63,286 nucleotides of DNA, filler included, from Hyphochytrium catenoides (GCA_900088475.1; 12 parts of 12 records of this genome joined end to end with filler, not necessarily neighbours in it), one strand, 5' to 3'. Positions 25,750 to 39,808 are shown, numbered from the whole stretch's first letter. The notes: generated by a model not told the origin, from the sequence alone. Made by a program: numbers and translations.

Positions 25750-26387
25750 AAGAGAGGAAGAGAGAAAGAGTGAGAAAAGAGAAAGAGAGAAACAGACAGA
25801 GAGAGAGAGGGGGGAAATGCCTTGGCATACATCTTCCTGTATGTTCTTTGTAGGTGAAAGAGAGACAGAGAGACGGTTGTTACCCCTCACCTTTCACTTT
25901 GCCTGTTAACTCTTTGGACTCCTCTTTTTCGGCTTGGCGGGCACGTGCTGAGTGAGTAGGAGGGAAGCATAGATGAGGACAAAGAGACGAGCGAGCTGTC
26001 AGTATGGCAGGGAAGAGAGAAAGGAATGACGATGCACGAGAGAGAGAGAGAGAGTATAATAGGGACAGCTCTCCGCGCGGGAGTGGGGGGCGGTGCGTGC
26101 GCTTGTTAGAGAAAGGTTAGGGGAAAGAAAGAGAAAGGGTGTGTGCCTGTATGTTTGTGAGTGTGAGAGAGAGAGAAACACGGACAGAGACAGAGAGAAG
26201 AAGGATTTGAGGGAGATCTCAAAAAGACGGATAGGAAGATAACTCTATAGATTAGAGCGAGAGAGAGGCAGATAGACAGACAAGAGAGAATGGGGGGATT
26301 GAGGTAGAAAAGAAAGCGACACGATAGGAGAATAACCTTATAGAAGAGGGAGACAGAGAGAGAAAGAGAGAGGGAGAGAGAGAGAGG

Positions 26388-26419
<32 letters not shown>

Positions 26420-28943
26420 GAAAGAGAGAGACAGAGAGAGAGAGAGACAGAGAGAAGTTGATCACGGTTACCTCTTCGGAGAAGCTCCCTTCTGTGTACT
26501 GCTTCATCACTGGTGCAAAGGTTGTTCTCATGATTCTTGAGGTTAAACGCTTGCACCAGCTGATGGCAGCCGTGATTCTTGCACTTGATCAAGCGGTTCG
26601 GGCAGTGATGGACCTGACGAAGGATGGAAAAGAGAGCCGTAGCGAAGAGGAAGGAGAGGGAGGTCATTCTCTCTCTCTTATTAAAAGCACGAGGAGCAAC
26701 TGATGGAGCTAGGATGATCCGGGAGGGAGAGTTAGACTGAGATCTGCCAGGGCAGTGGGCGTAAAAGACAGAGAAAGAGAGAGAGAGAGAGCGAGAGAGA
26801 GAGCGATGGAGGAGGCCACTGCAGGTTCAGCAATGGAAAGAGAGTAGAAAGAAAGACAGAGCTGAAGAGAGCACCTGATGTACAGCCTGTGCCCTGGCAG
26901 GCCCGTAGTATCCACAGCCAAGATAACAATCTGCCATTGCTGTCCGGGCCTTTCTTCCCGCCTCTGCCATCTTCTCTCTTTCCTGGCGGTAGACGCAGAC
27001 CGCTTGGTGGGAGGAAGACTCCCAAGCTCGGTAAGTCATTCCACAGACGGGGAAACTGGGCAAGTGAATGATGGGAGGGAGGAAGTTAGAAGCAGAAAGA
27101 GCAGCGTCCCGTGGGACAAAGAAAGAAGAGACACAAAGAAAGGAGAATGGACACAGAGAGAGGAAAAGAAAAGGAGAGAAAGGAAGTAAGCAATAAGACA
27201 AAAGAGAAAACGGAAAATTTATAATAGAGAAAGACTAGAGATGAGACAAAGAGAGAGACAGACAGAGAGGGACTGGGAAAGAGAAAGCGACAAGAGACAC
27301 AGAGAGAGAGAGAGAGTGTTAGGAAAAGACCAGAGTATGTGCCAAGGGGCAGAGAGGATAAACAGTAGGGATGAAGCCAGGAGGAGCAAAAGCTTCTCTG
27401 TTTCCGAGTCTCTCTCTAATTAAAGTCTCTCTTACGGGCAGACTATCTCCCTCAGAGAGCACTCGAACTTTAGATGAAGCTCAATTCCACGCTTGTTAGA
27501 CAGCTTCCCACAGGCGAGAGGGCAGGGAACTTCGCATTCTTCCCTCAGACGTGCCTGCTGTGCCATGGCGAAGCGCTGCATAGCGATCTACATGGAGATG
27601 GAAGGCAACGTAGGAAAGAGAAAGAGAGAGAGAAAGAGAGAAAAGCTGGATCAGTCTGGTGTTGCAGATGTTGTTGGAGGTGGCGTCAGATCTTTTTAGA
27701 AGGGAGAGGGTGCGAACAGCAAAAGACTGTACTTGCAGAAGGAGAGAGTGAGACAGAGATGACGAGAGAGAGAGAGAAAGAGAGAGAAAAATGCTAAGGG
27801 CGAGCTTCATGACGTTGCAAAGCACAAGATGTTGAGAGAGAGAGAAGTAAGAAAGGGAAAAGAGATACAGAGGGAGAGATGTAACAGCAGTGTGTCACTC
27901 AGGGAGACAAAAAAATTGCAAGAGATGCGGAGGAAAGATACACAGGGGCGCATGCGGGTGGAGAGACACACAGAGAGAGAGAGAAGAGAGACACGGAGAG
28001 ATGGAGAGAGAGAGAGAGAGACAGATAGATATCTAAAGAGAGAGAATGTGCTTTTTGGACAGAAAAGGACGCAGGAGAGAGCTGGTACTCGAGAGGCCAA
28101 GATATATGGCTGGCGAGGTGTCCCACTTTGCAAATGTTCCTGGTGCGAAAGGCCACTGTGGGAGCGATGCCGAGGCGGCCCGAGGAGTGCATCAGATCCC
28201 ACTCTCCCCCTACCAGACGGTGCCGTGAGGGGCTAAGGTAGATTAGTCAGAGAGTAAGGAAGTGTCAGGCGCACGAGCGAGAGAGAAGTGTTAGAGAGAG
28301 AGATGAAGTGAAGAGAGAGAGAGGAAGTGATACCAATCAAAAAAGACACCAAGAGTTTACTATCGTCGAAGTCACAGCTTCTCAGCTCGCCTTATAAACA
28401 TATGGAACAGCGTAACAAAGAGAAAGAGAGAGAGAGAGAGAAAGTGATGAAAGCATGAAGAAACATCGGAAAAGAGTAGATGCCTTCTGGAAGGGCGCAA
28501 AGGTCTTAAGCAGTTGCAGTAGATCCTTCTTCGGTACATACACTGAGGCCGCAAGATTCGAGGTCACAGGTCCAGATCCCTCCTCCAGGGTTAGATAAAC
28601 TGTTAGCCGCCCCAAGAGAGAGAGAGAGAGAGAGTTTGAGAGAAACCAGCAGTAGCAGTTAAAGAAGAGACAGAGAAGAGTATTAGCTGCACTGGTGAGA
28701 CCGAGACGGAGAGTAGCATGAACCAACGGAGACTGATGAGAGGCCAGGCCCTGATGACAGAGATCACAGCGGAAAAGACAGAAGCTCTGAAAATGTGGGA
28801 GAAAGAGGGAGAGAGAGAGGGGGGCGGGGAGTGGGAGAAGGAGACGAAGAGAGAGAGAGAGAAAAGGGGGAGGACTGGGGAGAGGGAGAGAGAAGAGAGA
28901 GGGAGAGAGAGACAAAGAAAGAAAGAGAGAGAGCGAGAGAAGC

Positions 28944-28976
<33 letters not shown>

Positions 28977-29373
28977 GAGAGCGCGAGAAAGAGCACAAGG
29001 GACAAAAAATGGGAACCTTTAAGGCCTTGGGTCCCTTCTGACAGCGCTTCTGTCATCAGCTGTCGCAGCTGATCCTCGCTGCGCGCCTCTGACCAAACTC
29101 GAACTTCCTATGTTATCGCCGCCAACAGCAAGGGAGAAAGAGAGACGAAAGGCATGTGAATGGGAGAATAGAAGGAAGCCACTGGGAAGCAAGACCTCCA
29201 AAAAAGACCAAGGACTAGAGAAAAGGTCAGGAGAGGACAACAGGGACAGAGAGAGAGGGAAGAACTGAGGGAGACAAACAAAGGGAGAGAGCATGAGAGA
29301 AGCAAGTAGAGATAGCGGGTGTGTGGTGCGCATGGGTGCTTGTGTGTGTTGGAAGAGAGTTAAAGAGACAGGC

Positions 29374-29404
<31 letters not shown>

Positions 29405-30864
29405 AAGGAGAGCCCTGCAAGAGAGAGAGAACGGGAGAGAGCGAGAGAGAGCGAAAGACCACCGGAGCAAGAGCATCTTTAAGTGGTAAAGAGCCCAAGA
29501 GCGAGAGGAGAGAGAGACACAAGACACCGAAGAGCAACGTGAGAACCTGCAGGTATCCTGTGAAGGATGACCGCTTGGCTCCTACAAAGTCCACTGGCAA
29601 TAGAAGAGGAACAGCCACGTCGCCTAGTTTGTCACCATCAGCGTAGAGACTAACGCAGCTCCTACATGGTGATCGCGGTGCCCCACGAGGTGAGAGACGA
29701 GTAGCTGCTTGAAGAGAGAGAGAGAAGGCAGCTTGGATGGGAGCAACGCTTTTTATTATGGAGCAAGAACGAGAAAGCGAAGGCAAAGAAGACTAGACGG
29801 AGAGAAAAAGTGAGAGCGAGAGCGAGAGCGAGAGAGAAAGAGAGAAAGAGAGAGAGAGCCTCACTCTGGTTCGGCTGTGGCCACTAGCGCGATATGGACC
29901 CATCTATCCCTGGGCACCTTGTAGGAAAAGCGGTGAGCGCAGACGCCGAGCTCCGACAAGGTAACACTATCTTCTTCTCCTTCCTGTCAGGCACGGGACA
30001 TCAACCGCAAGAGAGTGAGGGGAAAAGAGAATGAGAGAAAGTGTTTGTGTGAGAGAGGGACAGAGATGGAGAGGGAGAAACAGGATTCCTCAAATATAGA
30101 GGGAAGAGCGAGAGACGTCTACCTCGAGGTGCAAGGCCCAGTATCGCGACGACAGGATAGTTTCTTCTCCATCCAGACCGGGCAGGTCCAGATCTAGGAC
30201 TCCGTTCTCATAGTCTAGCGCCCGTTAACTTTAGTCCAGAGCTTCTCAGGCGCATTGGTTCTCTGCTCTTCACTCCTCCTCTATCTTCTCTCCCTCTCTT
30301 TCCCCCTCATCCCTCCTCTTCTCCCTCCCTCTCTTTCGCTTTCTCTCTTTCTTCCCAGAGCCCGGAGGCCCTATCTTTCTCTTCGCAATGTTTTCTTCTC
30401 TTCTGCCTCTATCGAACCTTTCTCGTTGTCAGTTCCTCTTTTTCTCTCTCTCTTTCTCTCTCTTTCTGTCTCTGTCTCTCTCTGTCTCTGTCTCTCTGTC
30501 TCTGTCTCTGTCTCTCTCCCGCTCTCTTTGTGTCTTCCTCTCTCTCTCTGTCTCTCCTCTCTCTCTGTCTCTTTCTATCTCGTTCTCTTTCACTCTCTCT
30601 CTGTCTCTCCCTCAGTGTGTGCGTCTGTTTGTGTTTGTGCTCCTCTCTCCAAGGTCACAATAGCGCTCGTTCCTTACCGTCCAGGATCTTATCGAACTCT
30701 TCCTGTTGTCGCTTTGCCTTGCCATTGAGAGCTCTCTTCGACTCTCCACCTACGCCTCGACTGCTCTCTTGCTTCAAGAGCCGTTGAGTTCCTCGTTTAC
30801 GACTTTCTGCTAACTTTTTCGCGCCATCAGACTACAGATGTAGAGGAAAGCACGTTAGAGCAAG

Positions 30865-30901
<37 letters not shown>

Positions 30902-31954
30902 AAGGAATGGTATTGTCGTGTGAGGAGGAAGAAAATCATGTGTAGCATTCGCTAGAGCAAAGACTTTGAAGATGAAAGAGGGACACGAAGAGACACAGGT
31001 TGCGGAGGGATCAGGAAGGGGCAAGAAGGAGGGACGAGAGAAAGGGAGAGAGAGAGAGAACAGAGAGAGGGGAAAAGAGGAGGGGAAGGGAACAAAGAGA
31101 GGGAGGGGCGCTTGAGCAAACAGAGCGAACCAGAAGTGCCGCAAAGCTCTAGGAGAAGAATCCTCTCCTAGCTCTTTCTCCCTTACCTGCCTCTTATCTT
31201 GACTCACTCTCAATTTCTCTTCCTCAGCCAGCAACTGTCTCTCCCAGCCTTCGAGGTCAACAACCAGCACTGGCGCATCTGCAGCGGGAGGAACGGTCAC
31301 TGCAGAAGTTTTCTCTTTCTTCTTCTTCCTCTGTTTCCTCTTTTGAACGCCAGCGTGTTCTTTCTCTTCCTCTTTTGCACCCTCCTCTAGCTCGTTCCCT
31401 GCGCTGCTGTCTCCTGAGGAGAATGAGTCATCAGAGGATGAGTACCAAGTAACCATAAAAGAGAGAGAAAGAGAGAGATTGAATGAGTAAACGAGAGAGG
31501 GAGAGAGAGAGGAAGAGCAAGAGCGAGAAAGAGAGAGGGAAAAAGAAAGAGGAAGATAACCGTAGTCATAGCGACGTGGTACCTTCGTTTACTTGATCTC
31601 CGTCTTCCTGCTCCGTCTCTTCCTCCTCAGGCAACTCGCTCTCTTCTGGTGCCATTCCCGCGTTTGCTGGTTGAAAAAGAGAGAGAGTGAGAAATTGATA
31701 GAAAGAAGAGAGGGAAAGGGGACACAGGGGGAGAAGAGATCACCTTAGAGAAAACGGAGTGGCGAGGAACACCCCTCGAGAGGAAGGCACCGAGATTGAC
31801 GGAAAGAGAAGTAGAAGGAAAGAGAAGAAAGCCTTCACCTTCATCTTCCTTGGAATCTGACGCATTCACGACGACGAGAGGAAGATCCGTGAGGTCATAG
31901 CCTAGAGAGTCATCCACTGTCGTGGCGTAAAGAACCTAGAAGAGGTCGTGGCCA
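25084..31954 (-). CDS. Multi-exon protein: acidic N-terminal region, LamG/concanavalin A-like domain, tandem TRAF-type zinc fingers, P/E/K-rich tail; 5' end runs into gap
   Basis: Phase-consistent exons 29983-29865, 29661-29547, 29107-29017 and 28599-~28530 give VPRDRWVHIALV...VSLYADG...FTGYLQEVRVWSEARSEDQL...GLKVYLTLEEGSG (LamG pattern). Exons near 27590-27435, 27055-26877 and 26613-26473 give CPLACG...HLKFECSLREIVCPFPVCG...HQAVC...CYLGCG...HHCPNRLIKCKNHGC...HENNLC. One upstream junction (~31190 to 30830) is unresolved. Confidence 0.8.
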
Positions 31955-32054
31955 NNNNNNNNNNNNNNNNNNNNNNNNNNNNNNNNNNNNNNNNNNNNTT
32001 AATTAATTAANNNNNNNNNNNNNNNNNNNNNNNNNNNNNNNNNNNNNNNNNNNN

Positions 32055-32324
32055 TGGTCTTTCCAGCCATCATTCGAAGGGATATGGACTTGTCCTTCCT
32101 CTACACTGGCCTTTGGGGATCGGGAAGGAGGTCGAACCGTGGACGACGGGCGATATATCTTGTCCAGTGCACTGTCGGAGCAGAAGAGCGCAGAGTGAGC
32201 ACCTAGCACCGGACCAGCTCCCCAGCTTCGTGCTGAACATGGGCTTATATCGCGCGGCAGGAGGAGGAGGAGAGACGGGCGAATCCTTGATGTTCAACCT
32301 TTCAGAAGGGAGCCCAATCATCAT
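32055..32324 (-). CDS. Possible 5' exons of a proline-rich hypothetical protein running into the gap
   Basis: MMIGLPSERLNIKDSPVSPPPPAARYKPMFSTKLGS joins via a short GT-AG intron to ALDKIYRPSSTVRPPSRSP...; could be the start of the LamG-TRAF gene if the contigs are ordered. Confidence 0.3.
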
Positions 32325-33738
32325 TCAAAGCTTCCACTGGAGATAGCCGTTAGCGACCCTCCTACATTTCTACGAGAACAAGTTCTTAGTAGCTGCGCAC
32401 AAGCCAGAGCCCCCTTGCCTCATCCTTCTCTCATCATCACCATTGTCTTTCTTTCCCTCTCCTCCTCCTTCATTGGCTCATGGCTCATGGCCATCATCCG
32501 TGCCCTGACTTCAGCGGACAAGAGTAGCAGAGGCATATAATATAACCAGGGCTGGTGAGCATGACCAGGCTTAATGATTTACCGCGCTGGCAGTGGTACG
32601 TAGCCCGGGGTGCTTCACACACTGAGGGCAACAAGCATGACGACGGTCACCTGTTCTTTTCGCTAAGGCCTTCGTCATGTGATCTCTGATGGGCCCGGCC
32701 GAGGACTGGATAAGTGCTTGCTGTTCTATTATCATCACCACTGTCCGCGAGGGTTCTGACGGCCACGCAGGGAGGAGTAGATCAATGATACTTTAAGTGT
32801 TTGATAGAAGTTGCTCTGACCACGTAGACCCTGGAACAATCACAGGATAAGCGAGACGATCTCTTCTCATCCGCCATATTCCGCATATCACGGGAAACAA
32901 AGGCATAGGCTTCTTGCAAGTCAGCAGCAGAAGCGTGCCAGCGAAGGTCGCGGGGCCCTCCTGCTGTCGCTTAGTCTTGTGAGCCATAATATTCCTCTCC
33001 TTAGCTCAGCATACTGCCTGATGGACAGCTCCCACCTTCAGACCTGACAGCAGGAGCGGAGTGCTATTCTTTCCATGGCCTCCTCCACAGGCTCTTGGCA
33101 AGTTAGCAAGCCTAGAGGTTCCCACTGCTATGTAAGATGGGCCAAGTAGGGGTGCTATATCGCGGGATCACACGGCGGACCATTGAGAACATAGGTTATG
33201 AGATTAGGGTGCGGGTAAAAGGAGCTAAGACATACAGCGGCCTACTCGACAGGGCAATGCACTGAATGAAGAATGTTAAAACCCCTTATTCTCAGTGTTT
33301 TAATTCCGCTGGGATTCCCTCAGCTCCTTGAAGATTGTACTACTTCTCCCTTCCCTTTCTCTGGCCTTTCTACTCAGTGATCTTGGTCTGCATGACGTCC
33401 GGATGGATANNNNNNNNNNNNNNNNNNNNNNNNNNNNNNNNNNNNNNNNNNNNTTAATTAATTAANNNNNNNNNNNNNNNNNNNNNNNNNNNNNNNNNNN
33501 NNNNNNNNNGAAGGGAGGGATAAGACAGAGAGGGACGTAGACAGAGTTCGTGCTAAGGATCCGAGGGATATCGTCTCATCTTAGAGTGAGTCAAGTTGGC
33601 CACTTGCAAGATTATGAACCGTCAACTTTTCTTCAAGCGAAGAGTGACAAAGACGAAGGACACTGAGTGTCGTTGCCTGTTTAACCCCTCTACGCGTCTT
33701 CCGCTTTTCCTTGTCTCTGCTCCAGGACCCAAGAAGAC

Positions 33739-36248
33739 ATGCTCCATCTATCTTCTCCCATCTCTTCCTCTGCGGAGGAGAAGAAACGGGGGAGTAAGAC
33801 TTCAAGAGATGGCGACACTAGTGGTGGTGAAGCGGAGGACCACGAGGCTAGATCAGGGTTTCAGTCCTTTTACTCTTCTATGATGGAGACCTCAAAAATG
33901 GAACATACGCTTGAAAGAGAGGGTGAAGCCCACGAGCAAGACGATCAAGAGCGAAAGGGCAGCGATTGGAAGGAGAAAGAGACTTTCTCCGGCTGGTCAG
34001 GGGCGAAAAGGGTGCTGGAGACCTTCAAGCCCTTGACAGAGCACAAGCTGCAGCGTACGCGGTCCCAAATTGCGTTTGAGGTTGTCCCTCTTGGCTGCCC
34101 TTCAGCCCTTCCCACTCGAACATGTTTTTCTGCTGGATGAATTAGCTGCCATATTTTATAACCCTCCTCTCGGTAATCCTCCCTAACTTCGGACATAAAC
34201 TCACTCTTGCGTCTCGCCGTCCTCGTTCCTATCTCTGCCTGATATAGCACTTACTAATCCGCCCTAACGTAGATCGGCTGGGAGATTGAGCGGGTGGTCG
34301 AAGAATGCAAGGTGGTGCCTGGTAAGTGTGCTACTGCGCCTAGTGCCAAGCAAGCTGTCCGGGGGCCCCGTTTTCTCTCTTCTTCGTAGGCAGTCATAGG
34401 TTCAAGGTCTTACCGGTTCCCTTTCGACTCCTGACTGTATTATGACACTAATCTAACCCTACCCGGCGCTGTGGCGCTTGCAGCTGTGGCGTACAACCGT
34501 TCAACGCTTCTAGCTGATATCATCAAAGCGGGCCTCGCGCGCATCTGCCACATTCTTTTCCCTGAATGGTCAGCGGATGTGGAGAGCTACAGCCAAAGAA
34601 TAATCTCCGAAGCCATGACCTTGAAGGGAGGTCGATATGATATGAAGTTGCGCTCTCTTTTAAGGAGAAAGTTTATCAATGACTTGACCACCAGTAAGGT
34701 TAGTTTACGCTCCGACTAAATAGGTTTTAGCTAGCTACCGTCCGCTTCATCTGAGCCTCTCTCTTGAGTATTGACCGTCTGTCTCGTGGTTAGTGATGCC
34801 ACAGCCAGCGCTGGGTCCTGGAGTTGTCTCTTTTCATCTCCTCCTTCATTTCCCCGCTCTGCTCTCTGTTCCAAAATCTATCGGCAAGCATCCAGTCAGA
34901 CGTTGCTTGCATAGGCCTTCAGACACAGAAGCTCCACACTTCAACAATCAGGAGCAAACTGCAAAAAGGAACGGAGCGTTTCCATGGTGGAAGCCAACAT
35001 TGTGCTGGAAGACCAACAGGTGGAGGGAAGAGCCAGAGGCGGTGAAACTGTGAAGCATCAAAGGAAGAGGAGCGGAAGCCTTCAAACTTTTCTGCGCGGA
35101 GGACTCTCCCTTGGCGCTTCTGGCTCAACGAACTCCCCAGTCAATTTGGATGAAGAAGAGCAATTTCTTGAGGTTAGGTTGGCCGCTTTGTATTCTCACA
35201 CCTTCGATCGAGACTTTGTCGGCCTTGGGAGTGCTAAGTCCTACCAAAGCGGCCCCTTTTGCTGGCCTCGAGGGCTTATCTGTGCTTGCACTTACTTTGA
35301 GGGCTGATTTGACACAGATGGTTGAAATCCTAGTTCCGTAACTTGGTCGCCTTTCCGCGAACGCATGTCTCTTCAGTCCTTTAAGCTACCCCTTCTAGTG
35401 ACTACGTTCCTTAACCCCCTTTCTGTCTCTCTTTGCTCATCGATTCTATAACTTGTTTCGGGCTTCCCGTTACAGCGGATCTGCAACGCTGCATGCTACA
35501 ATCATGCCTCCTCATCGACGCCAGAGTGGAACCACAATCTTATTCCCCGTCTGCGAATCGTCATCATGCTTGTTGGATCCAGAGGAGACATTCAACCTTT
35601 TATTGCTTTCGCGAAGAAGCTGCAAGACGTATGTGGACATACTGTCAGGATAGCAACACACGAGACCTTCAGGTTGGAGAGAAAAACTCTTCGCTCGTGA
35701 CCACTTCTTGGGCTTAGCACTTTATCGGCCTGTGTGGCGATATCTCTTTCTATGCCCTACGGAAGTTGAAGTGAACAAAGCACCTCTACTCGTCGCCAGA
35801 GTGCTGCTGAGTTCTATGCCTTCGGATCAAGCTCGGTAGTCCTTTTCGCTTTGAGATCCGATGCTCAGCCCGCTTGACTCTTCTACTTGTTTAGTCCTAA
35901 AGCGGATGACCTCATTAAAGCATCCTCTGCGACTCTTGCCCTGTGTCGGTATCCTTCCTTTCCCTACGACCATCCTTCTCCCTTGTTACTTTCTCCTTAG
36001 GGATTGGATTCTATCCCATGGAATAGACTATTTCCCGCTAGCTGGCGATCCCAAGCTTCTGATGGACACGATGAGCAACACGACCTGGGGTTCACCTGCC
36101 TGGTGGAAAGACGTACTAGGAACGAAGAGAAAGTTTATTAAGGATCTACTCAGAACTGGAAAGCAAGCTTGTCTCTCACCTACCCCTCTTTCGATAGAGA
36201 GGACAGGAAGGACGGACTATCGCGCGGATGTGATTTTTGCTAATCCGC
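33739..36248 (+). CDS. Sterol 3-beta-glucosyltransferase-like (UGT80/UGT51 type), 5' part, truncated by gap
   Basis: Six phase-consistent exons (33739-34080, 34273-34321, 34484-34698, 34915-35172, 35476-35672, 36001-36248) reach IPRLRIVIMLVGSRGDIQPFIAFAKKLQ...[30 protein letters not shown]...ADVIFANP. Confidence 0.9.
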
Positions 36249-36347
36249 NNNNNNNNNNNNNNNNNNNNNNNNNNNNNNNNNNNNNNNNNNNNTTAATTAA
36301 TTAANNNNNNNNNNNNNNNNNNNNNNNNNNNNNNNNNNNNNNNNNNN

Positions 36348-36532
36348 NCCCTCGCTCTCACTCTCTGTCTCTCTCTGTCTCTGTCTCTCTTTCTCTTTCT
36401 TTCTCTCTCTTTCTCTCTTTCTCTCTTTCTCTCTCTCTCTTTCTCTTTCTTTCTCTCTCTTTCTCTCTTTCTCTCTTTCTCTCTCTCTCTTTCTCTCTCT
36501 CTCTCTTTCTCTCCTCTCTTTCTCTCTCTCTT

Positions 36533-36589
<57 letters not shown>

Positions 36590-36670
36590 TTCTCTCCCTC
36601 TCTTTCTCCCTCTCTTTCTCTCTCTCTTTTTCTCTCTCTCGTCCTCACTCTCTTTCTCTCTCTCTCTCTC
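36348..36670. repeat. Representative degenerate (CT)n microsatellite tract; similar tracts occur throughout the window
   Basis: About 320 nt of almost pure polypyrimidine. Comparable tracts at 13080-13310, 25695-25810, 30440-30610, 42140-42470 and 46350-46560. Confidence 0.95.
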
Positions 36671-37084
36671 CCCTTCTACGAAGAATGACTTGATCGCGGT
36701 GGTGTAGACTTTAGACCCATCTTTTTGTACTCTGTCTCCTCACTTCCTCCTCATTCTCTCAGTGTCTTTCTCTCCTAAATAATAAAAAACCAATTGTGGG
36801 CTCTTTTTCTCCTCTGCGTCGCGGCATTTTCCTCTCTCTGCCTCTCTTCTTATCACCGACTGTGCCCTCTCTCTCTTTATTCTGCAGTGTCTCTCTTCGC
36901 CGTCTCCCTCTTTCTGTCTCTCTCCCTTTCTTTCTTCAGTGTTTCCCTTTGTCTCTGTTGTTCTGGCTCTCTGCTGTCCTCTCCCACACGTCGTGCTTCC
37001 TCTCCTCTCTCTCCTCTTCTACCGATGCTGCCGCGATAATATTGGTCGCTCTTGACGACTGCGACGTCATCGGCCATCAAACAG

Positions 37085-37133
<49 letters not shown>

Positions 37134-37394
37134 CTCTCCCCTCTTGTTCATGTCATCTGTCTGCTGTCGTCTGCATTTGTTGAGATTAACGCCGTAAGAA
37201 ATACGCCGGCGAAGGGAGCAGTGCTGCTGCATCATCGTTACACAGACCAATTTACAGTCCTCTCTCTCTTTCTGTCTTGCTCCTCTCTTTCTCTCTCTTT
37301 CTCAACAAGCGCATCTCTCTTCTCACTCCCGCTCTCTCTTTCCTTCTCTCTCTTTCCTTTCCTCTCTCTCTCTTCTTTTTCTTCTTCTTTCTCT

Positions 37395-37437
<43 letters not shown>

Positions 37438-39217
37438 TCTTTCTCTCTCTTTCTTTCTCTCTCTCTCTCTCTCCTGCCCGTTATTTCTCCTCTCTTTCTG
37501 TCACTCACCTACATCATTATTTACCGAGAGGCCAGGGGTTTAAGGCCGTCCCACACTGCTCTCCCAGTGATGCGCCACCTGTGACTGAGAAGAAGACGGA
37601 GGACAACCTCTCGGGAACGTGACCCTTGGGCAGGCGATCAGAGGAGAGAATGGATTGGGGAGGAGCTCTCTCTCATCATGAGGAAAAGGACGTTAGATGG
37701 AAGAAGAAGGTAATAGACAAGAGGAAAAGAGAGAGAGGGGAGAGAGAGACAGAGAGAGCGAGCGAGCGAGACAGAGCGAGCGAGAGAGAGAAAGAGAAAG
37801 TGAGAGAGCAAAGGGGAAGGAAGGACAGGAGTGAGACTGTGAGAGAATAGAAGATTATAGCGAGGCAGCACGCATTGCAGGAGAGCGAGAGAAGTGAGAG
37901 GGAGAGAGAGAGAAGTAAGGAAGAGAGAGATTCAGGACGAGAGGGAAGCAAAGAGCTAAAAGAAGGGGTTAAAAGCACGGAAGGGAGGAAGAAGTGAGAT
38001 CATGCTGGTTGTCAATGTAGAAGGACCACCCGATACAAGTGAGAGAGAGAGAGGAGAGAGAGAAAAAGGTAGAAAGAAAGAAAGAAAAAAAAGAGAAAGG
38101 GATGGGGGGAGGAAGATAGAGAGAAAGAATGAGAGTGAAAGGGGAGATAGTTAGAGAGAGTGAGAGAGAGAAAGAGGGAGGAAGAGAGAAAAAACAAGAA
38201 AGAGACAGAGAAAGAGAAGGAGAGAGAAAGGAGATCGAGATAGATAGATAGATAGATATAGAGAGAGAGAGGGAGAGAGAGAGAGAAGGAGAGGTATTGG
38301 CAGGTGAGACGATGTCTAAGGAGATCCACACCTCTGGAGGTCACCGAGGAGGAAGCGGCGAACGCAGTGTTTCCCCGTAATAAAGGCTTCTTACCCTTTC
38401 CGTTCTTCTATAAAGAGAGAATCGTGACTCTCTCTCTCTCTTCTTCTCCTTCTTCTTCATTGGCTCCTATTTCTTCTTCTCCCTCTCACCGGACGTGCCT
38501 CTCTTCTTCTCAGCCCTTCTTTCCTCTTCTCTTCTTCTTTTCCAATGATGCTTTCCCCTCTATCTCCTCGCCTGTCTCTTCTACTCTCTCTTTCTCTCTT
38601 CTGAAGCTTCTGCCTCCTTCGTCTACCTGCAGACGATCAGGAGAAAAGCCTTCCTCTCTTGTTTATCTGACAGAGAAAAATCGATCATCTTCTCTCTCTC
38701 TTCCAGGAGCTGGGCCATAGCTTTTGACCCTCGTCTGACTGCTTCTTTCTCTTCTCCAATGTGGTCAGTCTTTGATCTTCATGTTCGGCGTAGCAAGCCT
38801 TAGGTCCTAAGCTATAAATGTTTTCGAAGGAGAGAGAAGGACAAGAAAAGTTAGCTCAAGCGTTGAGAGTCAGCATCACTGAAGAAGAAGAAAGTGTTTC
38901 TCTCTCCAGCCTCAATGTCTTGAGTCAGCTTCTCTGTCTCACTCTTTGGGATTAGATCTATAGAAACGCTTCCCTGTCTCTCTCTCTCTCTCTCTCTCTG
39001 CGTCTCTCCTTTTTGCCCCCTGGCAAGCAAGCTCTGCGGAGCCGCCCAAGTCAACGGAAGAGTGCGGTCTCTTTATCCTTTTGCAGGCTCTAGCAGTAGG
39101 TAGATCGGGCTCTCAAGGGATCGACAGGGCGAGACTCTAGAGATGAAGCGTCCAACTAACTGCTCTAGCCGCCGAGACAACACGGAAGGGCAAGGCAGTC
39201 GCGGAACACTCACACGC

Positions 39218-39250
<33 letters not shown>

Positions 39251-39808
39251 GAAAGAGAGGGAGAAAGAGTCAGTCAAAGTGTTTCTCCGGTAGCAGTCAG
39301 AGTAAGCTTTTGCTAGCCGCACAGGCAGCTGTGTGAGGCACTAGGGTTATCTAGTAGGAGAGATGACTATGCCAAGAAGGAGAGATCCCTCCTCTTTTGC
39401 TCGCTTCCCGCCTTTCTCTTCCCATCTCCTGCCCCTCGATGACCTCTGCCCCAGGCCAAGAGAACACAATCACTATCCGGTCCTTTCTCTAGCTATTGCA
39501 CGAATAAGATAGAAGCTAAGGCGTCCAACGGCGCTTTCAATGGCAGTTGATCGGAGAAGTAGCGAATGCTGGCGCTGGATAGCGGTCGCTTCGTGCAAAA
39601 GGCTAAGGTTAAAAAAAGCAATGCATTCACTTCTATGCACAGAGAAAGAAAGGAGAGAACGTGATAGAGCGCCTTCTACTACGAGTGTCCTCAGAGGAGA
39701 GCAGGACAAAGAGAGAGAGACGTAGTCCTGAGTAGCTTGTTCAGAGGGAGGAGAATGGGGAGAGAGAGAGAACACGAAGTACTCGAGCTTCTTCTCTTCA
39801 TCAGTAGG

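Noticed and set aside
28482-28486. GC-AG intron donor in the LamG-TRAF gene
   Set aside because: An upstream canonical GT donor (TAT|GTACCG) gives the same phase and a plausible LamG C-terminus.
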